From: Heptranchias perlo
Taxonomy: Eukaryota
DNA: 64,000 nucleotides
Reading direction: 5' to 3'
Assembly (NCBI RefSeq): GCF_035084215.1
Contig: NC_090346.1
Location: 4,464,001-4,528,000, forward strand
The notes beneath the pieces were generated by a model. It was given only the letters and a program-made list of their open reading frames with translations. It was not told the DNA's origin and made no database searches. The translations under genes were made by a program, and so were the position numbers. Below are positions 1-13,790 of the stretch, piece after piece (the first letter of the stretch is position 1; each line of letters starts with the position of its first letter).

Positions 1-148
1 GTGGCGACCAGAACTGCACACAGTACTCCAGCTGTGGCCTAACCAGTGTTTTATACAGCTCCATCATAACCTCCTTGCTCTTATATTCTATGCCTCGGCT
101 AATAAAGGCAAGTATCCCATATGCCTTCTTTACCACCTTATCTACCTA
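1..148 (-). mobile_element. CR1 LINE fragment (RT C-terminal region)
   Basis: Minus strand encodes YKTLVRPQLEYCVQFWSP, as in the other CR1 copies in the window. Confidence 0.85.
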
Positions 149-587
149 AATAAAAAGGATTCTACAACCACTAACAGAGATAGAGACTTTCATCCTATCA
201 ATCTGTGCTGAATTCAAACTTAGGTCCCTGAGTGAAAGGAAGCTTGCTAATGCACTGCGTCACGTAGCTCCCCTTATCAGCTTTTAAGCTCTCTTCAATT
301 ATCTGATTTTGTAGAAATACCTGTGCTACTGGCTATTGAACAGAAAACTCTGCTAATTAAGTCTGACCAAATATCTACTCAGCTGTTTAGCGAGCCACAT
401 TGTGGTTAAAAATCAAATGGAAAATACCATAAATCCATTAATATATCTAGAGTGCAGTAACACAATCGGTTATTGTGATAGGTTCCAGTCCTTATCCGGT
501 GATATATTTAATCATCATTTCACCCAAATATATTGTAATGGATCACTCTGTGAGCTCTCCCAGGTTTTGAAAGCCTATTTAAACATC

Positions 588-2107
588 ATAGCCCAGATAT
601 GTCCTGTCCACAAAAATCAGGACAAATCCAATCCGGCCAATTACCGCCCCATCAGCCTACTCTCAATCATCAGCAAAGTGATGGAAGGTGTCGTCGTTAG
701 TGCTATCAAGTGGCACTTACTCACCAATAACCTGCTCACCGATGCTCAGTTTGGGTTCTGCCAGGACCACTCGGCTCCAGACCTCATTACAGCTCATTAG
801 AGCTGAATTCCAGAGGTGAGGTGAGAGTGTCTGCCCTTGACATCAAGGCAGCATTATGATGGAGGGAAGGTCATTGATAAAGCAGCTGAAGATGGTTGGG
901 CCTAGGACACTGCCCTGAGGAACTCCTGCAGCAATGTCCTGGGGCTGAGATGATTGGCCTCCAACAACCACTACCATCTTCCTTTGTGCTAGGTATGACT
1001 CCAGCCACTGGAAAGTTTTCCCCCCTGATTCCCATTGACTTCAATTTTACTAGGGCTCCATGGTGCCACACTCGGTCAAATGCTGCCTTGATGTCAATCC
1101 GGCCAATTACCGCCCCATCAATCTACTCTCAATCACCAGCAAAGTGATGGAAGATGTCCAACCATATTCAGCTGCTTCATCAATGACCTTTCCTCCATCA
1201 TAAGGTTAGAAATGGGGATGTTCGCTGATGATTGCACAGTGTTCAGTTCCATTTGCAACCCCTCAAATAATGAAGCAGTCGGTGCCCACATGCAGCAAGA
1301 CCTGGACAACATCCAGGCTTGGGCTGAGAAGTGGCAAGTAACATTCGCGCCAGAAAAGTGCCAATGGCCATCTCCAACAAGAGAGAGTCTAACCACCTCA
1401 CCCTTGACATTCAACGGCATTACCATCGCTGAATCCCCCACCATCAACATCCTGGGGGTCACCATTGACCAGAAACTTAACTGGACCAGCCACATAAGTA
1501 CTGTGGCTACAAGAGCAGGTCAGAGGCTGGGTATTCTGCGGCGTGTGACTCACCTCCTGACTCCCCAAAGCCTTTCCACCATCTACAAGGCACAAGTCAG
1601 GAGTGTGATGGAATACTCTCCACTTGCCTGGATGAGTACAGCTCCAACAGCTCTCAAGAAGCTAGACACCATCCAGGACAAAGCAGCCCACTTGATTGGC
1701 ACCCTATCCACCACCCTAAACATTCACTCCCTCCACCACCGGCGCACAGTGGCTGCAGTGTGTACCATCCACAGGATGCACTGCAGCAACTCGCCAAGGC
1801 TTCTTCGACAGCACCTCCCAAACCCGCGACCTCTACCACCTAGAAGGACAAGAGCAGCAGATGAGCACCATCACCTCCAAGTCACACACCATCCCAACTT
1901 GGAAATATATCGCCGTTCCTTCATCGTCGCTGGGTCAAAATCCTGGAACTCCCTTCCTAACAGCACTGTGGGAGAACCTTCACCACACAGACTGCAGCGG
2001 TTCAAGAAGGCGGCTCACCACCACCTTCTCAAGGGCAATTAGAAATGGGCAATAAATGCTGGCCTCGCCAGCGACGCCCACATCCCATGAATGAATAATA
2101 AAAAAAG
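588..2107 (+). mobile_element. 5'-truncated, internally rearranged copy of CR1-group LINE family B
   Basis: NYRPISLLS, FADD, YKAQVRSVMEYS, ...HHHLLKGN*, 3' tail ending in an A-run; inverted block 856-1097. Confidence 0.9.
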
Positions 2108-5100
2108 ATCAAGAATATGGGGTTTATTTCTTTTCAAGTTTTTATTTAAATCATTTGAACACTACACAGAATTATGTCATTGTGATTCCCTGCACCAGAG
2201 CATCTTTACCTCAATTCTTCATCAAACAGTTTCATAGTTCTGCAATATACTTTTATGTTCTGTTAGATAAGAAGTACTTTTAACATTAGCTTAATATTAC
2301 TTGGGAAAATAATCTTTAAATAAGATTTGCTACTCATCTGATAGCTGTAGTTTTGCAATTGCTTAACATGTTCTAAATATATGAAGGAGGCTCCCACACT
2401 GAAATCTACCCAGAAAGACTAAGGGGTAAAATTTCTGAATATGTGCTGGAGGCAGGCAATCTTGCCAGCTGCCGGTCCGGTCCATACTGGACAGGGTGGG
2501 TTTGATCAGTGGTTTGAAGTCTTGCTCTGTAAGAACACAAGAATAATGGGTGTAGAAATGAAGTTGCCGTGATGGTACACTTGGGGCAATTACCTGACAG
2601 GGGGAAAAATTTTAACCTGTGTTGTTTAAATTGAGTACAAAACTATTTGTTGTCCAATAAATTATATCTGTAGTCAATTTTGACTCTGTTCAATGTTCGA
2701 GACCGAAGTCATAATGGTTAATAGCCATATGACTCTATATAGAACAAGCAAGAATCAATACATTACTGTATTTAAGCAATAGTTTACAAAGCACAATTGA
2801 GAATTATATTACCCCGTTGACCTTTGGGTAGAGAGCCGCGACCTTGTTCCCCGTTCCATCATGGACGTACTCTCGTTCTCGTTTACCTGCCTGGTACTTT
2901 TTTTTTCTGTCCTCTACCCTGAGTCTAAGTTCGGATTGGCTACTCATACACTGAGTAAACCCCTAGCCCCCCTTTTCACTGCAGCAAATTTAAGCCACAT
3001 AGATGGTTCCCTTATCAGCACTTTTAGGGGCTTATCAATCGTTCTTCCTTGATTCTGGAATGTAGTTGCTTAGCGACATGTTTGAACATACAGGCCCATC
3101 CTTTGTTTCACTGTTTTTGCCTCAGATAGCAAGGTTGTGTGTGTTTTAACCATGAGTATTACATACTCTAAGGCTGGTTCCTGTTGTTTCTCACCCATAA
3201 CCCCGTTAAGTCTAACCCTTTGAATTCCTCATACATTTGTGTGAAAACTAGATTTACTTACATATCAACTTTATCCAATGTGTCAATTGTACTGGATGTA
3301 AGCATCGGATAAAGCCAAAAATACACCAATGCAAGGACAAATATTCAGGACATTTACTTAGATTACGGCTGGGACTCCTTATCTGGCTGTCACTGGTGTT
3401 GCAAAACTGGATCTCAGGAATTTGATGCAGCATCTTTCTTTCCTTTTAGCATCAAGTAGAAAGGTGATAAGTCATCTGGTATTGTCGAAGTAACTTTGTG
3501 TTGTTTAGTAAGTGCACAGACATCCGTCTCAGCTGGTTGCATTGTCTTTTTAGAGGCACTTCATTGTTTTGTAAACTTGCGGTCACAACGTCAATTGATC
3601 AGAGCTTTCTGGTGAGCTTGATGGTCCATGGTCCAGGATGAAAATGGCTTCATTAAATTCTAATAGATATCAGGTCATTTCTTCTTTAGTTTTCAGATAT
3701 AATTCTAGTGGAACGAAAGTAGAACAGAAAGAGATGTTAGTGACTATATTAATATAAACGTTGACATGTTGGTACCATACAGTGGTAAGAAATAACTTTC
3801 CCCTGCATTTCCCACACCTGGGAGGAATGTTTCCTCTGTATGTTAGGTGTAGCAAAATAGTAACTGTGTTCTTTATAAACACATTTATGACTGTGTTACA
3901 GTTAGTGCACAGAGGATATCTTCCCCTCCTCACCCCTGCCCCCATGATGAGTTTATGTCTTAACTGTATCACTATGGGAAGGTTTGGTTTGGGGGAATTA
4001 TCTCTGATACAGTTGGAGAAGATGTATGGTATATGATCCAGAAAACCCGAAGCTAGAAATTACTGTTGGCAATAATAGTGGTGGAACACATAATGACATT
4101 TCTTTGCCTGATATTTTATTGGAGGCATTAACATATGTTTAAATATCAGACAAAAGGATGACATACGAACCCACTAAGTACCCGTCTGCTATTATCACCA
4201 ACAGTTAATACCAGCCTCTAGTCACTAACATTGATATTCTGATGCTACATCTATCTATTGCTGCAGTGGGTTGCCAATTTTATTGCTATTTTTGAAAGCC
4301 ACAAACCCATTTAGTGAAATCTAACAGACAACATTCCTTAGTTATTGATTGAGATAATGCATTAAAGAAAAAAATTAAGTTGATTAGGTAGCAAAATCTA
4401 TAAGGCACAAAGAACTGGCCTCAAAATGTCAACACTCATTCAGCAAGCACTTTCCTGAGCCTCCTGCTATGTGGGCTTATTTTCATTTAGTACCAGATCA
4501 CTCCACTGAGTTATTTTTCATGCCTCTTTCACCAATGAATTCTAAAAGACACCTTGACTAAGATTCCTGGCTGACATGTCTAAATGTTAAACAGAGTCAA
4601 TGTTCCAATCTAGTCAGCTTAATTTTTTCCTTTTAAAATCTATTAATTGAAACAGCAAATTCAACAAACAAGAACCCTATGAATGGTCTAAGTTCCAAGA
4701 AAACCCTAAGATTAATTGCACTGTGTGCATATCAACCATTGTAGAACATAGCAGGGGTTTAAGTCTCTGAACAAGCTTTTTATATTTGTTTTGTTTTAAT
4801 TCACACCAAGACTTCAAGAAGCACAGCCCTTTGGTCTTTCAATTTCTAATGAATCTGAAGCTTTGAGACTTATTAGACTTTGAGACTTGAAGCTTTTAGG
4901 CCAGAAATTGTGATCCAAATATTGGCCAGTGGCCGTGAAATGACTTGGACAGAGGATAAAGGGCATCCTATGTGCCACTTCCATAGTGCTTTGAGGGGAA
5001 GACCAGATGCCTGGCATGTGCTCCTGTTCTTGAGAAATCGCAATTTAATTGCAGGCTTCTTCCAGCTGTCACCATTCCACTGGGCCCTGGACCTGTGTCT

Positions 5101-6440
5101 CCACTGATCAGTAACCCTGGCTGGTCTAAAATCCCTACAAGACAGCAGCCTGCAACTCAGCCCTTAAAGGCGGTGAAGTGTGCTGTCTAATCTGACCCCT
5201 ACTGCCACCAGAGCTGCAGTCTGTGCTTCAGCGGAGGAGAAGGCACTTCTTTTGGTGCAGAAGTTGGGCACATATCAAACATGTACTGCCTGATTTATGC
5301 TGGGGTGATCATGAGGAGGAAAATCTGCCACACAACCTCAAAGACTTTAACAAGGTCCGCAACAGTCAGGAGCATCTCATTTTTATTGGTTGTGACTCAC
5401 ATGATGATATCAAGGATGGCATTCTTATCATTTTAACTGGGGTGTCAGAAACAAACACTTTCTGAGGGGGTTTAAGTGATACAGTTGCTGCAAGGCCTTT
5501 CGCTAGGACCTTGGTGAAGGAAACTGGGACAACTGGGACTGGTCCCCAGTTGTTAATATCTTTTTGTTCTTCTGTGTCTTTAGGAACAGCAATGCTAATG
5601 ACAACATTGTTAATGTAGAAAAATGCTCCCATGGTGCTTTACAGAGGCATCATAAAAAAAAAGGACGCTGAGCCAAAGAAGGAGGTATTAGGAGAAGTGA
5701 ACAAAGGCCTGGTCAAAGATAATTGAACAGGAAGATACAGGATTTAAAAAATAAATGAAAGTGAAGGAAAATATCATGTTGAAGGAGGAAAAAATGATGA
5801 GATCATTTTAAATGCAAAATATAAATAAAATGTAAATGATGCACAGTAGAAACAATCAAAAAATTATATTGAGAACAATCTCCTTCCTTCCTTTCTCAAA
5901 TGGCTGCATGAAAAAAAATCCATGACAAGTTTAGACATGTGAGGCTGCAAACAGCCTGATGGTTCTTCCAGCAATTCCATCTGCAGCATTCAGCTTAAAG
6001 TACCATGGGCAGCTACAAGAGCCAGAAAGCACTTCAGCATTCAGCCTGAATCTTTATCTTCATGTCACGAAATAAACAGCAGTCTACTGGTGGATTTGCT
6101 GATCACAGATTCCATTGCAGCTGTTCCTGGGGCCTGTCCTGTTCTGAACCCAGCCCCACCCAGTGGAAAAACTCATTCTGCCAATTGGTATATGATTTAA
6201 GTATATGCATTAAGTGTACAAAATATAATTCTGTCACTGGTTCAGAACAGTTATATAGAGCTCCTATATTATGCTGTTTGACAGCAAAATCCAATTTTTT
6301 ACTATAACACTTTAAAGCACCAACATATTGCCAATTCATTTCAAATGGTTTAGTTATTTTCCCATAAAATAGCTTGTTTATTTTATTTCCTTTCTCTAAC
6401 ATAAAGCTACTCCTAAATTAGTTGTATTCAGACATATCTA

Positions 6441-7058
6441 AGGGGGAATTTTAACTCCCATAGCCCAGCAGAAACCAGATGGAACTGGAAATAAAATCCA
6501 AGTGGTGGATTTACCACTCCTTTCCCATCCAGTGGCCATTATAACAGCGCTGTTTTCTTCAGCGGTTGAGGTGCCCGCCTGACTCGAAGCCTATAATCTC
6601 ATTAGGACCCCAATGCAATTTTGACCTACAGCCATGGACACTCCGCTCAGTAAGGCCTGGTGGACACCTAGCACCAGAGCCCTGTCAGGTAAGTTTATAA
6701 TTTATCTTTGTGGGTCCAGGAGTAGGAATGCTCCTCCCGAGCTCAGAAAGAATAATTGAGCCGCAGCCACCTCAGGCTCCCCACCACCCCCCACCACGTG
6801 TGTTTCCGACCCGCAAGACGCTCACGAACCACCCCCTCTCCCACTTTCTTACCTGACCGTCGAACTGGTTGCCTCTGGGCTGCTCAATCTTCGCAGGCCC
6901 AAAGCCGGTGAGCTGCCTCTGAAAGCCCGTTTTGGGAGGGCAGATGGCCAACGGAATGTTAATGAGGCCCAGTCATTAAAATGGCCTCCCACTGCAGCTC
7001 CCGGGCGGGAGTTCTATGTTTCCCACTGGATTTCTGCCCAGGAGTTAGAATTCCCCCT
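6441..7058. mobile_element. MITE (non-autonomous DNA transposon, Harbinger-like)
   Basis: 18-bp TIR AGGGGGAATTTTAACTCC / GGAGTTAGAATTCCCCCT (1 mismatch); 3-bp flanking repeat CTA on both sides. Confidence 0.8.
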
Positions 7059-7304
7059 CTAGTATTTTCATATCTAAAACAGGATTTATATTTAATTAAT
7101 TTACTATTTTGTCACAGGACATATGAAAGGACACAGGTACTGGAAAAGATTCAAAATAGAAGCAAGAATACAGCCAGGTCTCAGATTAATAATCCACAAA
7201 GAGATTTGTATTTTAATATTGTTGCCTGCATGTCTTAGTGTCACTTTGATTGCAAAGTTGAAAGCCAAGAAGCAAATAAAGATATTTGGATATGGATCCC
7301 CACT

Positions 7305-8493
7305 GTGACTTTGCTGAAGAAACAGAGAGGGTTGATGTTGTCTATATGGATTTTCAAAAGGCATTTGATAAAGTACCACATAATAGACTTGTTAACAAAA
7401 TTGAATCCCATGGGATTAAAGGGGTAGTTGCTGCATGGATACAAAATTGGCTAAGGGACAGAAAGCAGAGAGTAGTGGTGAATGGTTGTTTTTCAGACTG
7501 GAAGGAAGTGTGCAGTGGTGTCCTCCAGGGATCAGTGTTGGGACCACTGCTCTTTTTGATATATATTAATGACCTGGACTTGGTATATAGGACATAATTT
7601 CAAAGTTTGCAGTTGACACGAAACCCGGAAATGTAGTAAACAGTGAGGAGGATAGTAACAGACTTCAGGAGAACATAGACAGACTGGTGAAATGGACAGA
7701 CACATGGCAGATGAAATTTAATGCAGAGAAGTGTGAAGTGATTCATTTTGGTAGGAAGAATATAAACTAAATGGTACAATCTTAAATGGGGTACAGGAAC
7801 AGAGAGACCTGGGGGTGTACGTACACAAATCTTTGAAGGTGGCAGGACAAGTCGAAAAGGCTGTTAAAAAGGCATACAGGATCCTTGGCTTTATAAATAA
7901 AAATACAGAGTACAAAAGCAAGGAAGTTATGCTAAATGTTTATAAAACACTGGTTAGGCCTCAGCTGGAGTATTGTGTCCATTTCTGGGCACCACACATT
8001 AGGAAGGATGTCAAGGCCTTGGAGAGGGTGCAGAGGAGATTTACTACAATGGTACCAGGGATGAAAGACTTCAGTTACATGGAGAGACTAGAGAATCTGA
8101 GGTTGTTCTCCTTAGAGCAGGGAAGGTTAAGAGGAGATTTGATGGAGGTGATCAAAATCATGAAGGGTTTTGATAGAGCAAATAAGGAGAAACTGTTTCC
8201 AGTGGCAGAAGGGTCGGTAACCAGAGGTCACAGATTTAAGATAATTGGCAAAAGAATCAGAGGCAAAATGAGGAAAAATCTTTTTACGCAATGAGTTGTT
8301 ATGATCTGGAATTCACTGCCTGAAAGCGTGGTGGAAGCAGATTCAATAATAACTTTCAAAAGGGAATTGCATAAATACTTGAAGTGGAAAAATTTGCAGG
8401 GCTATGAGGCAAGGGCAGGGGAGCGGGACTAATTGGATAGCTCTTTCAAAGAGTCGGCACAGTCACGATGGGTTGAATGGCCTCCTTCTGTGC
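7305..8493 (+). mobile_element. 5'-truncated CR1 LINE (RT and 3' UTR)
   Basis: [49 protein letters not shown]; frameshifted. Confidence 0.93.
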
Positions 8494-8819
8494 AGTCACC
8501 ATGGGCTAGTTAAATAAACTAGACTCATTTTAGACCTATGTTTGGTCTGTAAAGGCTAGGTCTGCACTACCCCTATATATTTACATTAAGCCGCCAATAC
8601 TGCTGAACTGAAAGAATGTACACATCCAATGGAGTAAGGTGAGCAATGCCTATTGATCCTCTCCTTTACATAATACTCTCCCCATAGAGTGACTAGATCA
8701 GAAAAACCAAAACACATTGCTGCTGAAAGTCGTGAAATTTCATTGTATTAAAATAGATTATGCACCGACATGGCATTTTGTTATTCTTTAGATTTAAACC
8801 AAGTTTACTGAGGAAGTTT

Positions 8820-9140
8820 TTAAAAATTTGTTCTTAGGATGTGGGTGACACTTGACAAGGTGGAATTTATTGCCCATTCCTAAATTGTCCTCAGAAGGTG
8901 GTGGTGAGTCTTTGTCTTGAACTGTTGGATTTCTTGTGATGATGGTGCTCCCATAATAATGTTAGACATGGAATTCCAGAATATTTAACCAGCGACAGTG
9001 AAGGAATGGTGATATATGTCCAAGTCAAGATGGCATGTGGTTAGAAGAGAATTTGGAAATGATGGTGTTCCCATGGCATTGCTGCTTCCTTCTTGGTAAG
9101 AGATGTCATGTGCAGGGATGGGGAGAGGATGCCATCTAAG
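8820..9140 (-). mobile_element. Degraded 3' end of LINE family B
   Basis: Diverged match to the tail seen at 24168-24480 (TTTATTGCCCAT...AGAAGGTGGTGGTGAG). Confidence 0.7.
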
Positions 9141-10217
9141 TAAATGGTTAAATAGTCTTAAACTGCAATTTGAAGTATTTAATGTTTCTGAAGTCTAGGA
9201 ACATATGAAAAGAATGGTGGAAAAAGACCATCAGACCCAAAACAGCTTACCCTATCCATTAAACGGTGCAACTGCATTTATCACCCTCCTCAGTCTGGTA
9301 ATGGCAACTTCTGAGGGAAGCAAAAATAAAACGTTTTCATCAGAGGAAAGTCTCTGAGCGTTAAATTACAGAGTCCCCTTGTGGTGGTTTTTGATATATT
9401 GCAAAAATGTAATTTAAGGCTTTTCTGACCAACATCTCCCAATTCTTACCATGCTGCTGGTTGATGCCAAAAATCTGAGTGCTCTGAAGACAAGAATACT
9501 GAATTGTTTAAGTGGATGCAACTTGTATAAATGCCATATACCATACACAGTTAACATTTGTTAATATATTCTGAAGTTGGCATCGCTAGCTGATTATATT
9601 CTGAAGGTCACACAGCTAGCTGATAGTATAAATTCTAGTAACTTCAATATTTAAGATTTGTTAGCATTGAAACAACTACAAGATGCTGAGTTGTACGTTT
9701 AAAAGCTATACAATGTGTGGGAGGGCAGCACGAATCCTGATTAGGTATGGGATCGAAGGTTTTTAGGATTAATGCAGAGATGATCTAAGTACTCCATGCA
9801 ATGTGTTGTAGATTTCTGTGCTTTTGGATCAATGGCATTGTCATCTGTGGAAAGCAATTGCCCAGGTATGAATAATGTAAACACAGATGGGTATCCAGGA
9901 GTTTTATTCAATTATCTTCAGGGGTTAGGGAGAAATTTAGCAGAACTTCTTATCAGGTGATTAAATAAGTGGCTGCAATGATAGAGCATATTGTTCGTGG
10001 TCTGTGGAAGCTGTGGGCCTGATGGACTTTTTCTTCTTCCATGCTTTATGTTCTTAATCTATGGTGCCATCCCCACAGCACCCCAGACAGACACATCATG
10101 CATGATTCGCTACTTCAATGCCCTCCCATTTTGATCTGTGTGTCTTTGGCCTCCTATTTTGTTCCAACATAACTCAATGCTATTTTCACATACTTGTTCT
10201 TTTCACTGTAATGAATA

Positions 10218-10470
10218 TCAGCTTGTCTAAGTAGTAGCACTCAGACTTGTGAGTTATAAAGTTATGGGTTCAAGCTCCACTCTAGGACTTGAACATATAA
10301 TCTATACTGACACCTCAGTGCAGTACCAAGAAAGAACTGCGTTGTAGGAGGTGCTGTCTTTCAGATGAAATGTTAAGCCGAGGCTCCATTTACCGGCTCA
10401 GGTGAACATAAAAGATTTCACGGCACTATATAAACAAGAGGAGGGAGTTCGCCTGCTGTCTTGAAACACT
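10218..10470 (+). mobile_element. Deu-domain tRNA SINE (SacSINE1/AmnSINE1-like), partial
   Basis: GGTTCAAG B-box, then GTGCAGTAC...GAGGTGCTGTCTTTCAGATGA...AAAAGAT...GGCACTAT core. Confidence 0.75.
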
Positions 10471-11043
10471 AGCTTGTCTTTTCACTTTTCAGATTTGACA
10501 AATATTGTGTATTTTCAAAATCATTGACATAAATTGTCTTGTGTTCTGGACTAATGAAGAACGAACTAATTGGGTGGATGATCTCTTTACTTTCTTAAAA
10601 TACTGTGTTGCTGAATCTCCAGTAGATCCAAATCACAGGAATTTAATGCGATCTCACATTTACAATGATCCACACTAGTGTCATCAATTTCCACATAAAT
10701 TTATCACTGCTTCTTTAAGCACTGCTATAGTTATGGAGTTCACTGCATCATTTGTTTGTCAACAAATAAGAAAAGGTTTGCCAACACTTACTTGTGAAGG
10801 CAGTGCCTCATTCGAAGAAAATATTTACCTGAAATGTCTAACCGTTCGGTAACTTTTCATAACAATTGTTGCCCTGCTGAAATTGAACGTGGTCAATGGA
10901 GAGTTGACTATCACTCCCACATCTCTTTTGTCCATACCTAGATCAATGCTATTCGTTAAGTATGTACCCCATTTTTTCTTCCAATGTGCAGGATTTTGCA
11001 CTTAACTGTATTTAATTTCATCTGCCGTATTCCATTAATTTAA

Positions 11044-13790
11044 GGGTACAGTAGCCTAGTGGTTATGATACTGAATTAGCAACCCAGAGGTCATGAGTTC
11101 AAATCCTATCATGGCAAGTCGTGGGCTAGTGCCACGAAAGCTCTCATATTGAGCCGGAAATTGTTTTAAAAAGAACGGTGAACTCAACAGCGTTCACCGT
11201 TATTAGTGGCCAAATGAAAGAGCAAATTCGCACACATGCAGCCAAATGTGGAAATCCGGAACTTGCTCTTCATGGCTCGTCGGCAATCTGACAGGGATAT
11301 CGCCAGCTGCAATCATCATAATCAATGGACCAGCGCCAACTTGCTCTTCTGCCCAGCTGGAAACTAACTAATATCATCACAAAACAGGTACGCTTAAATA
11401 TACCAGGTCTAAACGAAGTTTTAACAGTAAGTCTTAATAATTGCCAAACAACTAAAAATTTACTTTTAAAAATGTGGAGTCTCATTACTATTTATTTTAA
11501 TAATGTTTGGTCATTAAATTTTTTTTAAATTAAAAAATTAAATACTTTTTTTAACTTCTTCCGTCTGTCTCTTTTATTTAATTCGATACTTTGTACTTTT
11601 TTTGCTGTCTATAACTTTTTTTTACAAACGATTTTATTGTAGCTTTCACTTCCTGGTTTTTATGTTGCCACTTGTACTTCGAGATTTGGGGCCCGATATT
11701 ACCAGGGAGGCGGGTTGGCAGCAGGGGGTTGATTGGGCGCGTGAAATCGGTGGGTTTGGCACACGATCGTAAGTAAATTGAAGCCACTTACCTTGGCTTC
11801 CGGGTTTCGCGCTAGAAAGTTGCGCAGCGGGTGGAATGCGCACCCGCATCATAGGCTGTCAGCTGGAGGAGCCCTATTTAAAGGGGCAGTCCTCCACCGA
11901 CAGCATAGAGCAGCATGGGGACGGCTGCTCCCAGGTTTAATGATGCCTCACTCCAGGTCTTACTGGATGGGGTGAGGAGGAGGAGGAGGGAGATCTTCCA
12001 CCCGGCGGACGGGAGGAAGTGGCCTGCCTCTGCCACCATGAAGACCTGGCTCGAGGTGGCGGAGGAGGTCACCAGCACCACCAACATATCACGCACCTGC
12101 ATACAGTGCAGAAGGCGCTTCAATGACCTAACCAGGTCAGCCGAAGTGAGTACACTTACTCATTCCCCTACACTCCGTCTGTCACATCATCGCCCCCAAC
12201 CCACATCTTCTTCTGCACTGCCAACACTACTCTATCACATCACTCCTCACACCCACTGAACCCTCATCCTCATCTTACCTGCACCTACTCACCTCCCCAG
12301 TACTCATCCCACCACTACCACTCAACCCAATCCTCATACAATCTCATGGCTCTGTCTCATACAATCTCATGGCTCTGTCTCATACTCACCCTCTGATGCA
12401 ACTCTTTCACGGTCAGCCTCACCCCACCTGCCACTGCCTGTGTTGCAGCCACAGGGCATGCATCACGTATGTGTAGTAGGAAGCATAAGGCAAACGTGTT
12501 GTGAGCATGAAGGGGATGTACAAGAGTGTTTGAGGGTCTGTCATGGTTTTTACTTTTATTTGATTTCTGATCAACTCACATTACATATTATATTGTCACC
12601 ACTACTGCCACGTCTTGGCCAATCTTGACTGGCTTGTGCAATAATGCCCTTTCATGAGGTTCTCCATGAACACCCTTGATGCCACCAATTGGGTCACCCT
12701 ACAGTGGGTGTATGTGTAGTTGCACGGCTACTTTGTGCAGGTGTCTGTTGCACACCACTGTGATGTGTAGCTCCACGTGGCAGAGGTGGACGGCATGCCT
12801 GGCAATGTTGCTCGTCCTCCAACGGAGTGATGAATGCAGCTATGGAACCTCCCCCCCCCCCATCCTCACGGTGTGAGTGGGAGGGGGTCCACAAAGTAGG
12901 TAAATGTGTTTGGACAGCAGAGTTTAGGGTATGATGTAATAATTTTGAGTGTGGACACAACTGCATGGCAGGCAAAACTTTGTCTGAGGTGACAGAGTGC
13001 CCTGCTGCAATGAATGAGGTATTCCCCTCAATTATCAAGGAATCCTCTGCATCTCCCAATGGCTGCTGACTGAAACACATCTGCAACAACAGGGAGTGTT
13101 TCCCACAGCATGGGAAACACGCTGAGGAGAGTCCAAAATCACATCCCTGCTAAAATCTCTTCCCAATGAGATCTGTCAACGAACTCAAATAACTCCCTAA
13201 CTATCTAAACTGTCATCCAGCAGGCTTTAATTGCCGGTGGGAGTCCCGCATGCAGGGGCTGCGCGTGCACCGATTCGTGTCATTGGGGAACCTGGAAGTG
13301 GGCGGGTTGGCGCCAAGTTCTGGATTCACTGCGGGATTACCCAATTTTAGGAACCCCCCTGCCACGAACGCACCCACTCGGCCATCCCAAAATTGACCCC
13401 TTTGACTCTTCGTGGTGATTCAAGGATGCTAAGCTGATTGGTCAAGGGGAGACATCGATCCTCTTGCTTATTCCACGGGTCCTAGCTTCACTGGAGCAAA
13501 CGCTGGGCTTTTCTCAGCTTCTTATTAGAGGACATTCCCTCAGTAAAGACCACGGTAAGTTAGTGGGTGAGTATAAATCTATGGAGTGGCCAGCGACCTT
13601 GGCATTTATGGAGCAAAGTTGTAAAAACCCAACTGGTTCACTATTTCAGAAGGAAGTTCACCTCCCCTGCTGGCCTACCTGTGACTCCAGTCTCACACCA
13701 CGTGGTCGGCTTTTAGCTCTCCCAGAGCAACCTTGGATGGGCAATAAATGCTGCCTTGCCAGTGCTTCTGTCATCCCAAGATCAAATGTT
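11044..13790 (+). mobile_element. Split tRNA-headed SINE related to LINE family B (11044-11151 and 13619-13790), interrupted by nested DNA elements
   Basis: Head GGGTACAGTAGCCTAGTGGTTATG...GAGTTCAAATCC resembles the LINE B head. The second part carries LINE B 5'UTR motifs (GTAAAAACCCAACTGGTTCAC, GTGACTCCAG) and the LINE B tail GGGCAATAAATGC. Confidence 0.7.
11688..13400 (+). mobile_element. Non-autonomous Harbinger-like element, copy 1, with Myb/SANT exon (11915-12145)
   Basis: Imperfect termini GGGGCCCGATATT / AAAATTGACCCC, flanking TTT/TTT; AAPRFNDASLQVLLDGV...W.EVA...QCRRRFNDL Myb/SANT-like domain followed by a GTGAGT donor; collinear with 38671-41147. Confidence 0.8.

Noticed and set aside
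5995-6375. Possible minus-strand first exon ending in ATG|GTACTT, with TATA-, E-box- and MEF2-like words upstream
   Set aside because: Weak donor, no recognisable downstream exon in 1-6000, and the motifs are short enough to occur by chance.
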